Shown in pieces: positions 23,417 to 32,575 of a DNA stretch of 64,000 bases. Numbering within the stretch: position 1 is the first letter of the stretch; each line of letters opens with the position of its first letter. The notes under the pieces are model-generated. The model searched no databases, was not told where the DNA came from, and was given only the letters and a program-made list of their open reading frames with translations. Where the stretch lies: the IMG/VR virus record IMGVR_UViG_3300045988_017048, positions 32,001 through 96,000 of that record; one strand, written 5' to 3'. Position numbers and translations under genes: made by a program. This stretch comes from a virus.

Positions 23417-23418
23417 CT

Positions 23419-23739
23419 ATGAAAGAGATTAATATTAAATATAGTGAGTACATTATTAATGTGCTTTTAAGTACCAATAATACTTCTATAACAGACTCTT
23501 ATAGGATAAGGAGAGTAAAAGACATGGTTAATGTCTTAAAGAAGATAAGAAACACATGTGATAATTCTTATGCTATACACAAGAGAAGTATATTTGGTAT
23601 GGTTAATGAATGGAGAGTACATAATCTATTATACTTTTTACATATAAAAAGGAGAAGGACAGGTACAGTAGATTTAAATATAAATCAGAGTATATGGGCA
23701 AAAATAGCTTATACATTGCTCTCTGTATTTTATTTTTAA
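23419..23739 (+). CDS. hypothetical protein
   Basis: 106 aa ORF starting 3 nt after tRNA-Leu. Confidence 0.5.
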   Translation: MKEINIKYSEYIINVLLSTNNTSITDSYRIRRVKDMVNVLKKIRNTCDNSYAIHKRSIFGMVNEWRVHNLLYFLHIKRRRTGTVDLNINQSIWAKIAYTLLSVFYF

Positions 23740-23767
23740 AGAATAAAAAAAATAAATAGTATTTTAC

Positions 23768-23798
23768 TTGCATATTTCAATTAAAATACTTATCTTTG
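23768..23798 (+). promoter_or_regulatory. Bacteroidota-type promoter
   Basis: TTG at 23768-23770, a 20 nt spacer, then TATCTTTG at 23791-23798. The ATG follows 21 nt downstream. Confidence 0.6.
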
Positions 23799-23818
23799 CA
23801 CCATCAAAATAAGAGAAT

Positions 23819-24265
23819 ATGTTTGAAGAAGATAACCTATTTACTCCAATGGAATCAAGTAGAAGTACTGAAGTATCTGGCTCTCAGTTCTTTATTAACT
23901 TCTTAAACCAGCTTGAAGGTTGGAAGACCAAGTGTAAGAACTTGCATTGGGCAGCACCTAAGAAGAATATCCATGTATATCTTGATGAATTTCTTGATAT
24001 ATTGTCAGACTATCAAGATGGTCTTGCAGAAGGATATATGGGAATACTTGGTAAGATGCAACCTAATGTAATCAAAGGAACTCCAAGTGATGCACTGAAT
24101 GCTTTTGACTTTATAAGTGAAGTTAAGTCTGCTACTACTGCATTTTATGATAAGATTCCTCAAGAGACTATTTATAAAGGTATAGCATCTGAATGTGAGA
24201 CCTTTATTCAGAATATCAATAAGTATGACTTCTTATTCCACTTATGTGATATAAGACCTTATTGA
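23819..24265 (+). CDS. hypothetical protein
   Basis: 148 aa ORF with its own promoter. Confidence 0.6.
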   Translation: MFEEDNLFTPMESSRSTEVSGSQFFINFLNQLEGWKTKCKNLHWAAPKKNIHVYLDEFLDILSDYQDGLAEGYMGILGKMQPNVIKGTPSDALNAFDFISEVKSATTAFYDKIPQETIYKGIASECETFIQNINKYDFLFHLCDIRPY

Positions 24266-24273
24266 CAAGAGAT

Positions 24274-24359
24274 GCTCTCATGGTGGAATTGGTAGACACG
24301 AGGGACTTAAAATCCCTTGGCCAGAAATGGTTGTCTGGGTTCAACTCCCAGTGGGAGTA
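24274..24359 (+). tRNA. tRNA-Leu (UAA), class II, CCA encoded
   Basis: Acceptor GCTCTCA/TGGGAGT-A followed by CCA, anticodon arm AGGGA-CTTAAAA-TCCCT, T-arm CTGGG-TTCAACT-CCCAG. Confidence 0.85.
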
Positions 24360-24365
24360 CCATTT

Positions 24366-24439
24366 GCCTCCTTAGTGTTAATGGTTTAGCAAGCCTGTCT
24401 TGTAAACAGGAAGAGAGGGTTCAAATCCTTCAGGAGGCT
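24366..24439 (+). tRNA. tRNA-Thr (UGU)
   Basis: Acceptor GCCTCCT/AGGAGGC, anticodon arm CCTGT-CTTGTAA-ACAGG, T-arm GAGGG-TTCAAAT-CCTTC. Confidence 0.85.
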
Positions 24440-24445
24440 CAAAGT

Positions 24446-24518
24446 GTAGGTATGGTGTTAGTGGTTAGCATATGACATTGCCAATGTCAAGGGGTCAGTT
24501 CAAATCTGATTATCTACT
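24446..24518 (+). tRNA. tRNA-Gly (GCC)
   Basis: Acceptor GTAGGTA/TATCTAC, anticodon arm TGACA-TTGCCAA-TGTCA, T-arm GTCAG-TTCAAAT-CTGAT. Confidence 0.85.
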
Positions 24519-24523
24519 CAAAT

Positions 24524-24595
24524 GCAGGTATAGTATAAAGGTTAGTATGTAACACTTCCAATGTTAATGTGTGGGTTCGATTCCCACTATCTGCT
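24524..24595 (+). tRNA. tRNA-Gly (UCC)
   Basis: Acceptor GCAGGTA/TATCTGC, anticodon arm TAACA-CTTCCAA-TGTTA, T-arm GTGGG-TTCGATT-CCCAC. Confidence 0.85.
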
Positions 24596-24604
24596 CAGAT
24601 ATAT

Positions 24605-24677
24605 CATGGGGTGATAGCAATGGTAGCTAGCAAGGCTCATAACCTTGAGGTTGGAGGTTCGAGTCCTCCCCCCGTAA
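24605..24677 (+). tRNA. tRNA-Met-type (CAU) with C1:A72 mismatch (initiator-like)
   Basis: Acceptor CATGGGG/CCCCGTA (C1.A72), D-arm TAGC-AATGGTA-GCTA, anticodon arm CAAGG-CTCATAA-CCTTG, T-arm GGAGG-TTCGAGT-CCTCC. There is one extra nucleotide between the acceptor and the D-stem. Confidence 0.7.
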
Positions 24678-24691
24678 CTAAATTACTTTAT

Positions 24692-24889
24692 ATGGAAGAG
24701 ATAGAGAAGGCAAAGATGACAAGAGTCAAGAAGACCAATGGTTCAGAAGTTCATCAAATTATGACTGCATTGACTGATACTACAATCAGAGGCATTGTAA
24801 GGTCAGCCAATGAGGAAGGAATTAAGAGAGAGAATATAGTTTCTCTACTTAAAGAAAATGGTCAGTTTGTATTAATCTACTTTAAATAA
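24692..24889 (+). CDS. hypothetical protein (65 aa)
   Basis: ATG at 24692 (MEEIEKAKMTRVKK...). The longer track ORF from 24569 would read through two tRNA genes. Confidence 0.5.
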   Translation: MEEIEKAKMTRVKKTNGSEVHQIMTALTDTTIRGIVRSANEEGIKRENIVSLLKENGQFVLIYFK

Positions 24890-24894
24890 ACATC

Positions 24895-25224
24895 ATGGAA
24901 ATGGAAGAGCAGAAGACAATAGAAAGGCCCTTGATGGGTGAAGAGGAGTTCAAGGACTACATGGAGAAGAATAGAGTAGATATTGTGGGAGATTTCTATG
25001 AAAGAGGTATTCTTCACCTGAGAACTTATGAAGCAGTAAGCAAATTCAAGTCTGTAAGGAGGGCAATCAAGAGAGGCCATGTATCTCTTGATGGTATTAT
25101 CTTTCCTAAGAGACCTTTCAACAATAAGGCTAATACTTGTAAGAGAAAAGGGCATCACAGTAGGACTATTAATGAAAGAAAGAAGATGATTTATGAGCAA
25201 CTTAAACACAGAAAATCAGCCTAA
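24895..25224 (+). CDS. hypothetical basic protein
   Basis: 109 aa ORF. Confidence 0.55.
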   Translation: MEMEEQKTIERPLMGEEEFKDYMEKNRVDIVGDFYERGILHLRTYEAVSKFKSVRRAIKRGHVSLDGIIFPKRPFNNKANTCKRKGHHSRTINERKKMIYEQLKHRKSA

Positions 25225-25414
25225 TGATTACAATAAAGTGCCAGTATTATACTGCAAGCATTGTCTATCATTGAATATTAGGAACATTCCAAGAATAAAG
25301 GATTCAGATTACTGTGATGAGTGTGGCTCCACTGATATAGGAGAATGTTCAATAGAAGAGTGGGAAACTCTATACAAGAATAGATATGGACATAGATTCC
25401 TTGAAGAATATTAA
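25193..25414 (+). CDS. zinc-ribbon protein
   Basis: CKHC...CDEC (two CxxC pairs) in 73 aa. Confidence 0.5.
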   Translation: MSNLNTENQPNDYNKVPVLYCKHCLSLNIRNIPRIKDSDYCDECGSTDIGECSIEEWETLYKNRYGHRFLEEY

Positions 25415-25434
25415 TAACTTAATTATAAATTAAA

Positions 25435-25755
25435 ATGGAAGAGCAGAAGGGAAAAGTTGTAGAAATGCAACAAAAACAAAAGGAAACAGAGAGACCTGAG
25501 AAGATGTCTTATGAGCAGTTAGAGAACATAGCTCATCAGCTTAGTGAGCAAGCTAAGCAGTTATATATGAAGCTACAAGCTGCCAATATGGGCAATATGT
25601 TCAAGAGGCTTGACTACTTGTTTAAAGTAGTAGAGAATGGACATATGTTTAAGCAAGACTTCCTTGAGAAGTGTATTGCTGAGATTGAGGAGCTTATGAC
25701 AGTTCCTGAAGAGGTTGAGGAAGAGGAAGCACCAGATATTAAAACTGAAGAGTAG
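25435..25755 (+). CDS. hypothetical acidic coiled-coil protein
   Basis: 106 aa ORF. Confidence 0.55.
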   Translation: MEEQKGKVVEMQQKQKETERPEKMSYEQLENIAHQLSEQAKQLYMKLQAANMGNMFKRLDYLFKVVENGHMFKQDFLEKCIAEIEELMTVPEEVEEEEAPDIKTEE

Positions 25756-25767
25756 CATCAATGTGTT

Positions 25768-26148
25768 ATGAAGAAGCCTAATAATATAGTTAGAGTGCCA
25801 TGTTCTTTGAGTGGAAGCTTCTTTAGGTACTGGTTTATGTTCTTAGAGCCTTTTCATAAGCTAACTGATAGAGAGATTGATGTAATTACATCCTTTGTTA
25901 AGCAGAGATATGAACTCAGTAAAGTTATCAAGGATAATGAGATACTTGATAAAGTTACAATGAGTGAAGATACAAAGAAGAAAGTAAGGGAAGAGTGTAA
26001 CATCACTCTCCCACACTTTCAAGTAATTATGGGCAAGCTAAGGAAGAATAAGGTCATCATTAATGGTAAGATTAATCCAAGGTTTATTCCTAACATTGAT
26101 GAAGAAACTGGTACTTTCCAACTATTGTTACTTTTTGAATTGAAATGA
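25768..26148 (+). CDS. hypothetical protein
   Basis: 126 aa ORF. Confidence 0.55.
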   Translation: MKKPNNIVRVPCSLSGSFFRYWFMFLEPFHKLTDREIDVITSFVKQRYELSKVIKDNEILDKVTMSEDTKKKVREECNITLPHFQVIMGKLRKNKVIINGKINPRFIPNIDEETGTFQLLLLFELK

Positions 26149-26417
26149 ATTATTCTGATGTAATTGGTAAGGTTTCTGAAGAGTTGAATTTACCTAAAGA
26201 AGTGGTAGATAAAACATATAAAGCATTTTGGTTATTCATTAACCAATCCATACAGTCCTTGCCATTAAAGGAGAATCTTAATGAAGAGGATTTTGCTAAG
26301 TTAAGAACAAATTTCAACATTCCATCACTGGGTAAATTGACTTGCACTTATGATAGGATGTTAGGTATGAAAAAGAGACTCAAGTTTATAAAACAGATAA
26401 GGGAGAAGAAATGTTAA
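26145..26417 (+). CDS. possible HU/IHF-like DNA-binding protein
   Basis: 90 aa. The N-terminus (MNYSDVIGKVSEELNLPKEVVDKTYKAFW) and a later beta-arm-like SLGKLTCTYDR resemble the HU/IHF layout. The resemblance is weak and was judged by eye. Confidence 0.35.
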   Translation: MNYSDVIGKVSEELNLPKEVVDKTYKAFWLFINQSIQSLPLKENLNEEDFAKLRTNFNIPSLGKLTCTYDRMLGMKKRLKFIKQIREKKC

Positions 26418-26836
26418 AATTAAAAAAGATAAAGCCAATGTTCACTGCACTTATCACTACAATGGATAAGTATGAGCATGATATGATGGTGGGAGCTGGT
26501 CTTATTGATGTGACCAAGAGAGAAGGCAGCTTGAAGGAATATCAGAGAGTACTTGCAGTGGGTAGCTCTGTAAGAGACATTAAAGTTGGTGACTTGGTAT
26601 GGGTTAATCCTACAAGATTTGGTGTAAAGAAACACCAAGAAGGTTCTCTAAAAGATGGAGTAGTAACTGATAACCCTATCATAACTTACAACTTTGATGT
26701 TGTTGAGATGGATGGGAAGCAGTGCCTATTACTACAGGATAGGGATATTGACTTCATTATTGAAGAGTATGAGGAAGTTCCTGACCCAACTCCTTCACCA
26801 ATCATTCAACCAGAGAAGAAGAAACTAATTGTATAA
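26411..26836 (+). CDS. possible GroES-like co-chaperonin / head-assembly cochaperone
   Basis: KIKPMF...VLAVGSSVRDIKVGDLVWVNPTRFG resembles the GroES/gp31 pattern. The resemblance is weak. Confidence 0.35.
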   Translation: MLKLKKIKPMFTALITTMDKYEHDMMVGAGLIDVTKREGSLKEYQRVLAVGSSVRDIKVGDLVWVNPTRFGVKKHQEGSLKDGVVTDNPIITYNFDVVEMDGKQCLLLQDRDIDFIIEEYEEVPDPTPSPIIQPEKKKLIV

Positions 26837-26840
26837 CTCA

Positions 26841-26885
26841 AAAGAGTGTATCAGGAAAACCAATCTTGATACACTCTTTTTTTTT
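26841..26885 (+). terminator. intrinsic terminator
   Basis: 13 bp stem AAAGAGTGTATCA/TGATACACTCTTT followed by a T-run. Confidence 0.8.
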
Positions 26886-26895
26886 ACCAGACTTT

Positions 26896-27435
26896 ATGTT
26901 GAAATTATTCAAATATGAGGGTTACAAGATAGTAATATCTGAGGAAGCCTTTGCTCTTAAACCATTCAGACAGATATGGCAAAGAGACAAGACTGTTAAT
27001 AAGGATAAGGCTATTATGGAACTTGGCTTCATATACTTCTTTTGTGACCCAAGAAGTGACTATCAATACCTTGTAGATGACAAGGAAAGAATGGAAGCTA
27101 TCAAAGAGGGAGAGGGATTACCTCCTAAATGGGCACCAGACAGGATAGTAACAGAAGCAATGGAGTTTTATAAGTCCTTTAAGCCAATTTCAGCTTTACT
27201 CCTTGAAGACACGAGGTTTATGGTTGATAAGTATAGGAAAAGATTAAAAGCCCAAGAGTTTGATGAACTTGAAATTAAGGATTTGAAGGAAGCAGGTGCC
27301 CTCATTAAGCAAATACCTTCTCTTGTGAAAGACCTCAATGAGGCTGAAAAGGCACTTAACTCTGAAATGAGAGAGTCAGGTAGAATGAGAGGTCAGGGAG
27401 AAAAGACTATATTTGAGGATGACTTATCATTATAA
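26896..27435 (+). CDS. hypothetical protein (small terminase candidate by position only)
   Basis: ATG at 26896 is preferred, because the track start at 26866 lies inside the terminator stem. The gene is upstream of terL. Confidence 0.5.
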   Translation: MLKLFKYEGYKIVISEEAFALKPFRQIWQRDKTVNKDKAIMELGFIYFFCDPRSDYQYLVDDKERMEAIKEGEGLPPKWAPDRIVTEAMEFYKSFKPISALLLEDTRFMVDKYRKRLKAQEFDELEIKDLKEAGALIKQIPSLVKDLNEAEKALNSEMRESGRMRGQGEKTIFEDDLSL

Positions 27436-27790
27436 TATGAAAGCAGAAGATATAATAGAAGGACTCAATAGACATATTGAGATAAGGAGAAGTGAAAGAG
27501 GAATTGAAAATGTAGGACATATTGTACTACAGAGGGAAATAATACCCCATTCCTCATTCAAAGTTTATAAGATTTATAAGTACACTCTTTGGTTCACTAA
27601 GAGAGGTAAATCTTATAGAGTAATGGCAGTACAGCACACTGCTAAGGTTCCTGATGGTCAGGAAGAGAATATGTTAAGGGAGATGAATGTCAGGTTGAGT
27701 ACACTAATATTCAATTGGATGGACTCTGCTTCTTATGAAGCAGTTATAAAGGGAGAATATAATGGAGTTTCAGAAGATACCAATGAATGA
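27413..27790 (+). CDS. hypothetical protein
   Basis: 125 aa ORF, overlapping and coupled with its neighbours. Confidence 0.5.
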   Translation: MRMTYHYNMKAEDIIEGLNRHIEIRRSERGIENVGHIVLQREIIPHSSFKVYKIYKYTLWFTKRGKSYRVMAVQHTAKVPDGQEENMLREMNVRLSTLIFNWMDSASYEAVIKGEYNGVSEDTNE

Positions 27791-30062
27791 ATATCAGACT
27801 GAGCTAACTGAGGAATTGGTTAATAGCCTTCCTCAGGAAGTTCAGGACCAGTTATTTGATATTATAAATAATGTAGAGTTTGTCAAGAGATTGATAAGTC
27901 CTACAAGAGAACATGCCAAGGATAGACCAAGAGATGATAGGGGTAGAATCATTGTAGACTTGGCTAATCCTCATATATTGGAGGATATGGACTATTTCAG
28001 ACCATCTGCTATACATTATGAGAAGTATGGTACATTTACTAACCTTAGACCCAATGCCAATCCTAATAGTGAATATGGTAAGTGGGTAAGAGAAGAAAGG
28101 AGAAGAATCTGGGATGGTTGTGTGAGGGAAAGTGATGGAGAATGGGTTACAGGCTATATGTACTGGTTCCTTAACTATTCTCCTATGATGCTCTCTAAGA
28201 TTAGAGAATACAAGGATAAGAATGGTAAGAAGAGAAAGTCCAAGAGGGCTGATAGAGTAGAGGCACTTCCTGAATGTTGGGAAGGAATCTATTGGAGATT
28301 CCATTGCTTAGACCAAGCATCAAATGGAGGCTTATATAATAACTTTGAGGGAGGTCAGCACATGGCTGAGCTTGCTTCCAGAGGTAAGGGTAAGTCATAT
28401 AGTCTTGCATCAATACTTAACCATATCTTTGTGGTAGGTGAGAATGAGGAAGCACATGAAAAGGTAAAGGGCATAGTAACTGCCTATCAGAAAGAGTACC
28501 TTACTAAGGATGGTGTTCTTAACAAGTTTGTAGATATGGCTAACTTCTGTGCAACTAATACTCAGTTTCCAAGAAAGAGATTAAAGAACTCTTTGCAGGA
28601 AATGACATGGATAATGGGATATAAGGATGTAGACCTTGATATTGAAAGAGGTACTCAAAATACAGTACTTGGAGTATCATCTAAGGATGATGAGTCTAAG
28701 TTGAGAGGTAAGAGAGCTGCTAAGATTCTTATTGAGGAGTTTGGTACATTCCCAAGACTTGTGGACCTTTATAATGTGTTGTTACCTTCAGTACAAGAAG
28801 GTGATATTGTCTTTGGTCAAATCTACATGTTAGGTACTGCTGGTGATAATGAATCAGACTTTGCTGGTGCTCAGGAAATCATGTATAATCCTAAAGGTTA
28901 TAATATGTATGCCTTACCTAATGTATTTGATAAATACAACCAAGGTAAACCTTACTTTGTATTCTTCTTTCCTGGCTATGTAAATAGAAAGGGATGCTAT
29001 AATGAGAATGGTGTATCTGATGTAATTAAGGCTCTAATTGAAATCCTTATGAATAGGTATAGGGTAAAGTACAATTCTACTGACCCTAATACTATTATTA
29101 AAACCATTGCTGAGGTTCCTATTACTCCTGCTGAGGCTATTGTTAAGACAGGTGTAAATATGTTCCCTGTAGCTGACTTGACTGAGAGAATAGGTCAATT
29201 GGATGCTAATCCTACAGAGTATGATGATGTATATGTAGGTGATTTGGTATTTAATAAAGATGGTCAAGTAGAGTATAAACCTACCTCTGCTACACCTATT
29301 AGGGATTTCCCACATAAGGATAACAAAATAGAGGGTGCTATTGAAATATATCAAATGCCTGAGATTGATAGGAATACAAGCAAGCCATACAATGACAGGT
29401 ATATATTAGGTGCTGACCCTTATGATGATGATGAATCAAATACTATGTCTTTAGGTTCTATATTTGTATTAGACCTATGGACAGATAGGATAGTAGCTGA
29501 ATACACTGGAAGACCTCCTTTTGCTGATGATTACTATGAGATTTGTAGAAAACTTTGTCTATTCTACAATGGTAGATTGAATTATGAGTATAATAAGAAA
29601 GGTCTATTCTCTCACTTCTCGACAAGAAATAGTCTTTATCTTCTCACAGATGTTCTTGATTTCTTAAAGGAAAAGCAGATGATGAAGGATGGCTATGGTA
29701 ACAAGTCAAAAGGTACTAATGCCTCTCCTGCCATTAATGCTTATGCAAGAAGTAGATTGAGAAGCTGGCTATTGGCTCCAGTTCCTATTATGCAGACTAT
29801 TGATGGAGAAGAGAAAGAAGTAATGGTCCCAAGATTATTTACTGTAAGGAATAGAGCACTGCTAAAAGAACTTATTAATTATAACTCTGAGGGTAACTTC
29901 GATAGAATATCTGCTATGGGTATGCTGATGCTTCTAAGGGAAGATAGGATGATAAGATACCAAGGAGATGTTAGTAAGGAAAAGCAAGAAAGGGCTAATA
30001 ATAGCTATGATGGTAATGACCCATTCTTCAAGAGAAATTATGACTTTAGGTTCAGGCAGTAA
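27762..30062 (+). CDS. terL: terminase large subunit
   Basis: Walker A-like LASRGKGKSYS, Walker B-like KILIEEFG, and an acidic nuclease-domain segment LGADPYDDDE. 766 aa, immediately upstream of the portal gene. Confidence 0.8.
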   Translation: MEFQKIPMNEYQTELTEELVNSLPQEVQDQLFDIINNVEFVKRLISPTREHAKDRPRDDRGRIIVDLANPHILEDMDYFRPSAIHYEKYGTFTNLRPNANPNSEYGKWVREERRRIWDGCVRESDGEWVTGYMYWFLNYSPMMLSKIREYKDKNGKKRKSKRADRVEALPECWEGIYWRFHCLDQASNGGLYNNFEGGQHMAELASRGKGKSYSLASILNHIFVVGENEEAHEKVKGIVTAYQKEYLTKDGVLNKFVDMANFCATNTQFPRKRLKNSLQEMTWIMGYKDVDLDIERGTQNTVLGVSSKDDESKLRGKRAAKILIEEFGTFPRLVDLYNVLLPSVQEGDIVFGQIYMLGTAGDNESDFAGAQEIMYNPKGYNMYALPNVFDKYNQGKPYFVFFFPGYVNRKGCYNENGVSDVIKALIEILMNRYRVKYNSTDPNTIIKTIAEVPITPAEAIVKTGVNMFPVADLTERIGQLDANPTEYDDVYVGDLVFNKDGQVEYKPTSATPIRDFPHKDNKIEGAIEIYQMPEIDRNTSKPYNDRYILGADPYDDDESNTMSLGSIFVLDLWTDRIVAEYTGRPPFADDYYEICRKLCLFYNGRLNYEYNKKGLFSHFSTRNSLYLLTDVLDFLKEKQMMKDGYGNKSKGTNASPAINAYARSRLRSWLLAPVPIMQTIDGEEKEVMVPRLFTVRNRALLKELINYNSEGNFDRISAMGMLMLLREDRMIRYQGDVSKEKQERANNSYDGNDPFFKRNYDFRFRQ

Positions 30063-30107
30063 ATTTAGTAAAAATGAAGACTAATGGTTAATAAATTACT
30101 TATATAC

Positions 30108-30138
30108 TTGCATGGGTCAAGGATTTTATTTACCTTTG
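30108..30138 (+). promoter_or_regulatory. Bacteroidota-type promoter
   Basis: TTG at 30108-30110, a 20 nt spacer, then TACCTTTG at 30131-30138. Confidence 0.6.
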
Positions 30139-30160
30139 CACAGTAATTAAATTGAAGAAT

Positions 30161-32575
30161 ATGGGATATGAAATGATAAATTTACCCCCACAGCAACTTC
30201 CATTTACTAAGAAGAATAAAGCTTGGAGAAAAAAGCACCTTGACTGGGCTGATTCTAAAACATTCTTCAATTATAGTTTGGTAAGGAAGTCTGTGATACA
30301 TAAGAAAATAAACTATGACCTCCTTAATGGGAAACTTCACATGAGTGACCTTGAGATGATACTGAATCCTGAAAAGCTACAGGCAGGTTTTATACCTGAC
30401 AGGATTCAACATTATCCTATTATGAATAGTAAGTTGAATGTGCTTAGAGGTGAGGAAAGCAAGAGAGTCTTTGACTTCAAGGTAGTAGTCACTAACCCTA
30501 ATGCTATTACAGAGATAGAGAATAATAAGAAGCAAGAATTGCTCCAAAAGCTACAAGAATGGGTGTCTAATACTTCTCAATCAGAAGAAGAAGCTAATCA
30601 AGAGCTTGAAAAGATAAATGACTATTACAGCTATGAGTGGCAGGACATGAGGGAAATAAGGGCAAATGCCCTATTAAACCATTATGTAAAGGAATTAAAT
30701 ATCCCTCTAATGTTCAACCAAGGCTTCATGGATGCAATGGCAGTTGGTGAAGAGATTTATCAATGTGATATTGTAGGAGGTGAGCCTACTATTGAAAGAC
30801 TGAACCCACTCAAAGTAAGAATCTTCAAGTCGGGATATAGCAATAAGATTGAGGATGCAGACATGATAATCCTTGAAGATTATTGGAGTCCAGGCAAGGT
30901 TATTGATACTTACTATGATGTATTGACAAAGAAAGACATGGAGTACATAGAGAAGATGCCTGACCATATAGGTCAAGCTGCTACAGACTCTATGGATAAC
31001 ATAGATGAAAGATATGGCTTTGTCAATAACCACATGATAGGAGATGAAATAAGTACAGAGGGACTCTTTTGGGACCCATTAGGAGAATATGATGGTGTTA
31101 ATAACTCACTTCTTCCTTATGATGTTGCAGGAAACTTGAGAGTACTTAGAGTATATTGGAAGTCAAGGAGAAAGATTAAGAAGGTAAGAAGTTATGACCC
31201 TCAAACAGGTGAAGAAGTATTTAACTTCTACCCAGAGACCTATGTAATAGATAGGGATGCTGGAGAGGAGGAGCAGATATTCTACATCAATGAAGCATGG
31301 GAAGGAACTAAGATTGGTACTGATATTTATGTTAATATGAGACCAAGAGTAGTTCAGTACAACAGGCTAAGTAATCCTTCAAGATGTCACTTTGGAATTG
31401 TTGGCTCTATTTACAACCTTAATGACAATAGACCATTCAGTTTAGTAGACATGATGAAGCCATACAATTACTTGTATGATGCAATACATGATAGATTAAA
31501 TAAGCTGATAGCAAGGAACTGGGGTTCATTAGTCAGACTTGACTTTGCCAAAAAGCCTAAAGGATGGGATGTAGAGAAGTGGTTGTACTATGCAAAGACT
31601 ATGGGTCTTGCAGTAGAGGATAGCTTCAATGAAGGTAATGTAGGTGCAGCTACAGGTAAACTTGCAGGTGCATTAAACAATGCCTCTACTGGTGTAATTA
31701 CAGCCTCTGATGGTAATCAGATACAGCAATACATCAATCTTCTTGAGTTTATCAAGATGGAAATGGCAGAAGTTGCTGGTATTACCAAGCAAAGAGAAGG
31801 TCAGGTAAGTAATAGAGAAACAGTAGGTGGAGTAGAGAGAGCTACCCTCCAATCTTCTCACATTACAGAGTGGCTATTTGTAGTGCATGAAGATGTCAAG
31901 AAGAGAGCATTAGAATGCTTGCTTGAAACAGCTAAGATAGCATTAAGAGGCAGAAGCAAGAAGTTCCAGTACATCTTATCAGATAATTCAATGAGAGTTA
32001 TGGAGATAGATGGTGATGAATTTGCAGAAGCTGATTATGGTCTTGTAGTGGATAATAGTAATGGTATGCAGGAATTAAACTCAAAACTTGATACTTTAGC
32101 TCAGGCAGCATTGCAGAACCAGACTCTATCATTCTCAACTATTATGAAGTTATTCAGTTCATCTTCACTTGCTGAAAAGCAAAGACTTGTTGAAAAGGAT
32201 GAAAGAAGTATTCAGGAAAGACAGGCCCAAGCTCAGCAACAACAGTTGCAGGTAAAGCAGCAAGAGATAGAACAGAAGACTCAGATGGAACAGGCTAAGA
32301 TGCAACAAGAAGATACCCTTAACCAAAGAGATAATGAGACAAAGATTCTTATTGCACAGATGCAAGCCTATAGCAAGAATAATGAAGATGACGGTATAAT
32401 AGAACCTGAATATTCACAAGAAGCTAAGGATAAGCTTATGGAATCAATAAGACAATTTGATGAGAGAATTAAGCTTGATAGGGAAAGATTAGAGTTTGAT
32501 AAAGATAAGGCAAGGTCTGATGCAAAACTTAAAGAAAAGCAGATAAACAAAACAACTCAAAAAAAAATCAAATAA
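30161..32575 (+). CDS. portal protein
   Basis: About 800 aa ORF directly after terL, with a Gln/Glu-rich coiled-coil C-terminus. ATG 30161 is preferred over the track's TTG at 30152, given the promoter position. Confidence 0.7.
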   Translation: MGYEMINLPPQQLPFTKKNKAWRKKHLDWADSKTFFNYSLVRKSVIHKKINYDLLNGKLHMSDLEMILNPEKLQAGFIPDRIQHYPIMNSKLNVLRGEESKRVFDFKVVVTNPNAITEIENNKKQELLQKLQEWVSNTSQSEEEANQELEKINDYYSYEWQDMREIRANALLNHYVKELNIPLMFNQGFMDAMAVGEEIYQCDIVGGEPTIERLNPLKVRIFKSGYSNKIEDADMIILEDYWSPGKVIDTYYDVLTKKDMEYIEKMPDHIGQAATDSMDNIDERYGFVNNHMIGDEISTEGLFWDPLGEYDGVNNSLLPYDVAGNLRVLRVYWKSRRKIKKVRSYDPQTGEEVFNFYPETYVIDRDAGEEEQIFYINEAWEGTKIGTDIYVNMRPRVVQYNRLSNPSRCHFGIVGSIYNLNDNRPFSLVDMMKPYNYLYDAIHDRLNKLIARNWGSLVRLDFAKKPKGWDVEKWLYYAKTMGLAVEDSFNEGNVGAATGKLAGALNNASTGVITASDGNQIQQYINLLEFIKMEMAEVAGITKQREGQVSNRETVGGVERATLQSSHITEWLFVVHEDVKKRALECLLETAKIALRGRSKKFQYILSDNSMRVMEIDGDEFAEADYGLVVDNSNGMQELNSKLDTLAQAALQNQTLSFSTIMKLFSSSSLAEKQRLVEKDERSIQERQAQAQQQQLQVKQQEIEQKTQMEQAKMQQEDTLNQRDNETKILIAQMQAYSKNNEDDGIIEPEYSQEAKDKLMESIRQFDERIKLDRERLEFDKDKARSDAKLKEKQINKTTQKKIK

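Noticed and set aside
20272-24677. Possibility of stop-codon reassignment with a suppressor tRNA, as in some crAss-like lineages.
   Set aside because: No tRNA has a CUA, UCA or UUA anticodon. tRNA-Leu(UAA) and tRNA-Ser(UGA) read sense codons. The late genes are long uninterrupted standard-code ORFs.
24569-24889. The 106 aa track ORF beginning at 24569, and likewise the starts at 21664 and 22377.
   Set aside because: The N-terminal extensions read straight through well-formed tRNA genes. Internal ATGs just past the tRNA 3' ends (24692, 21673, 22404) are more plausible.
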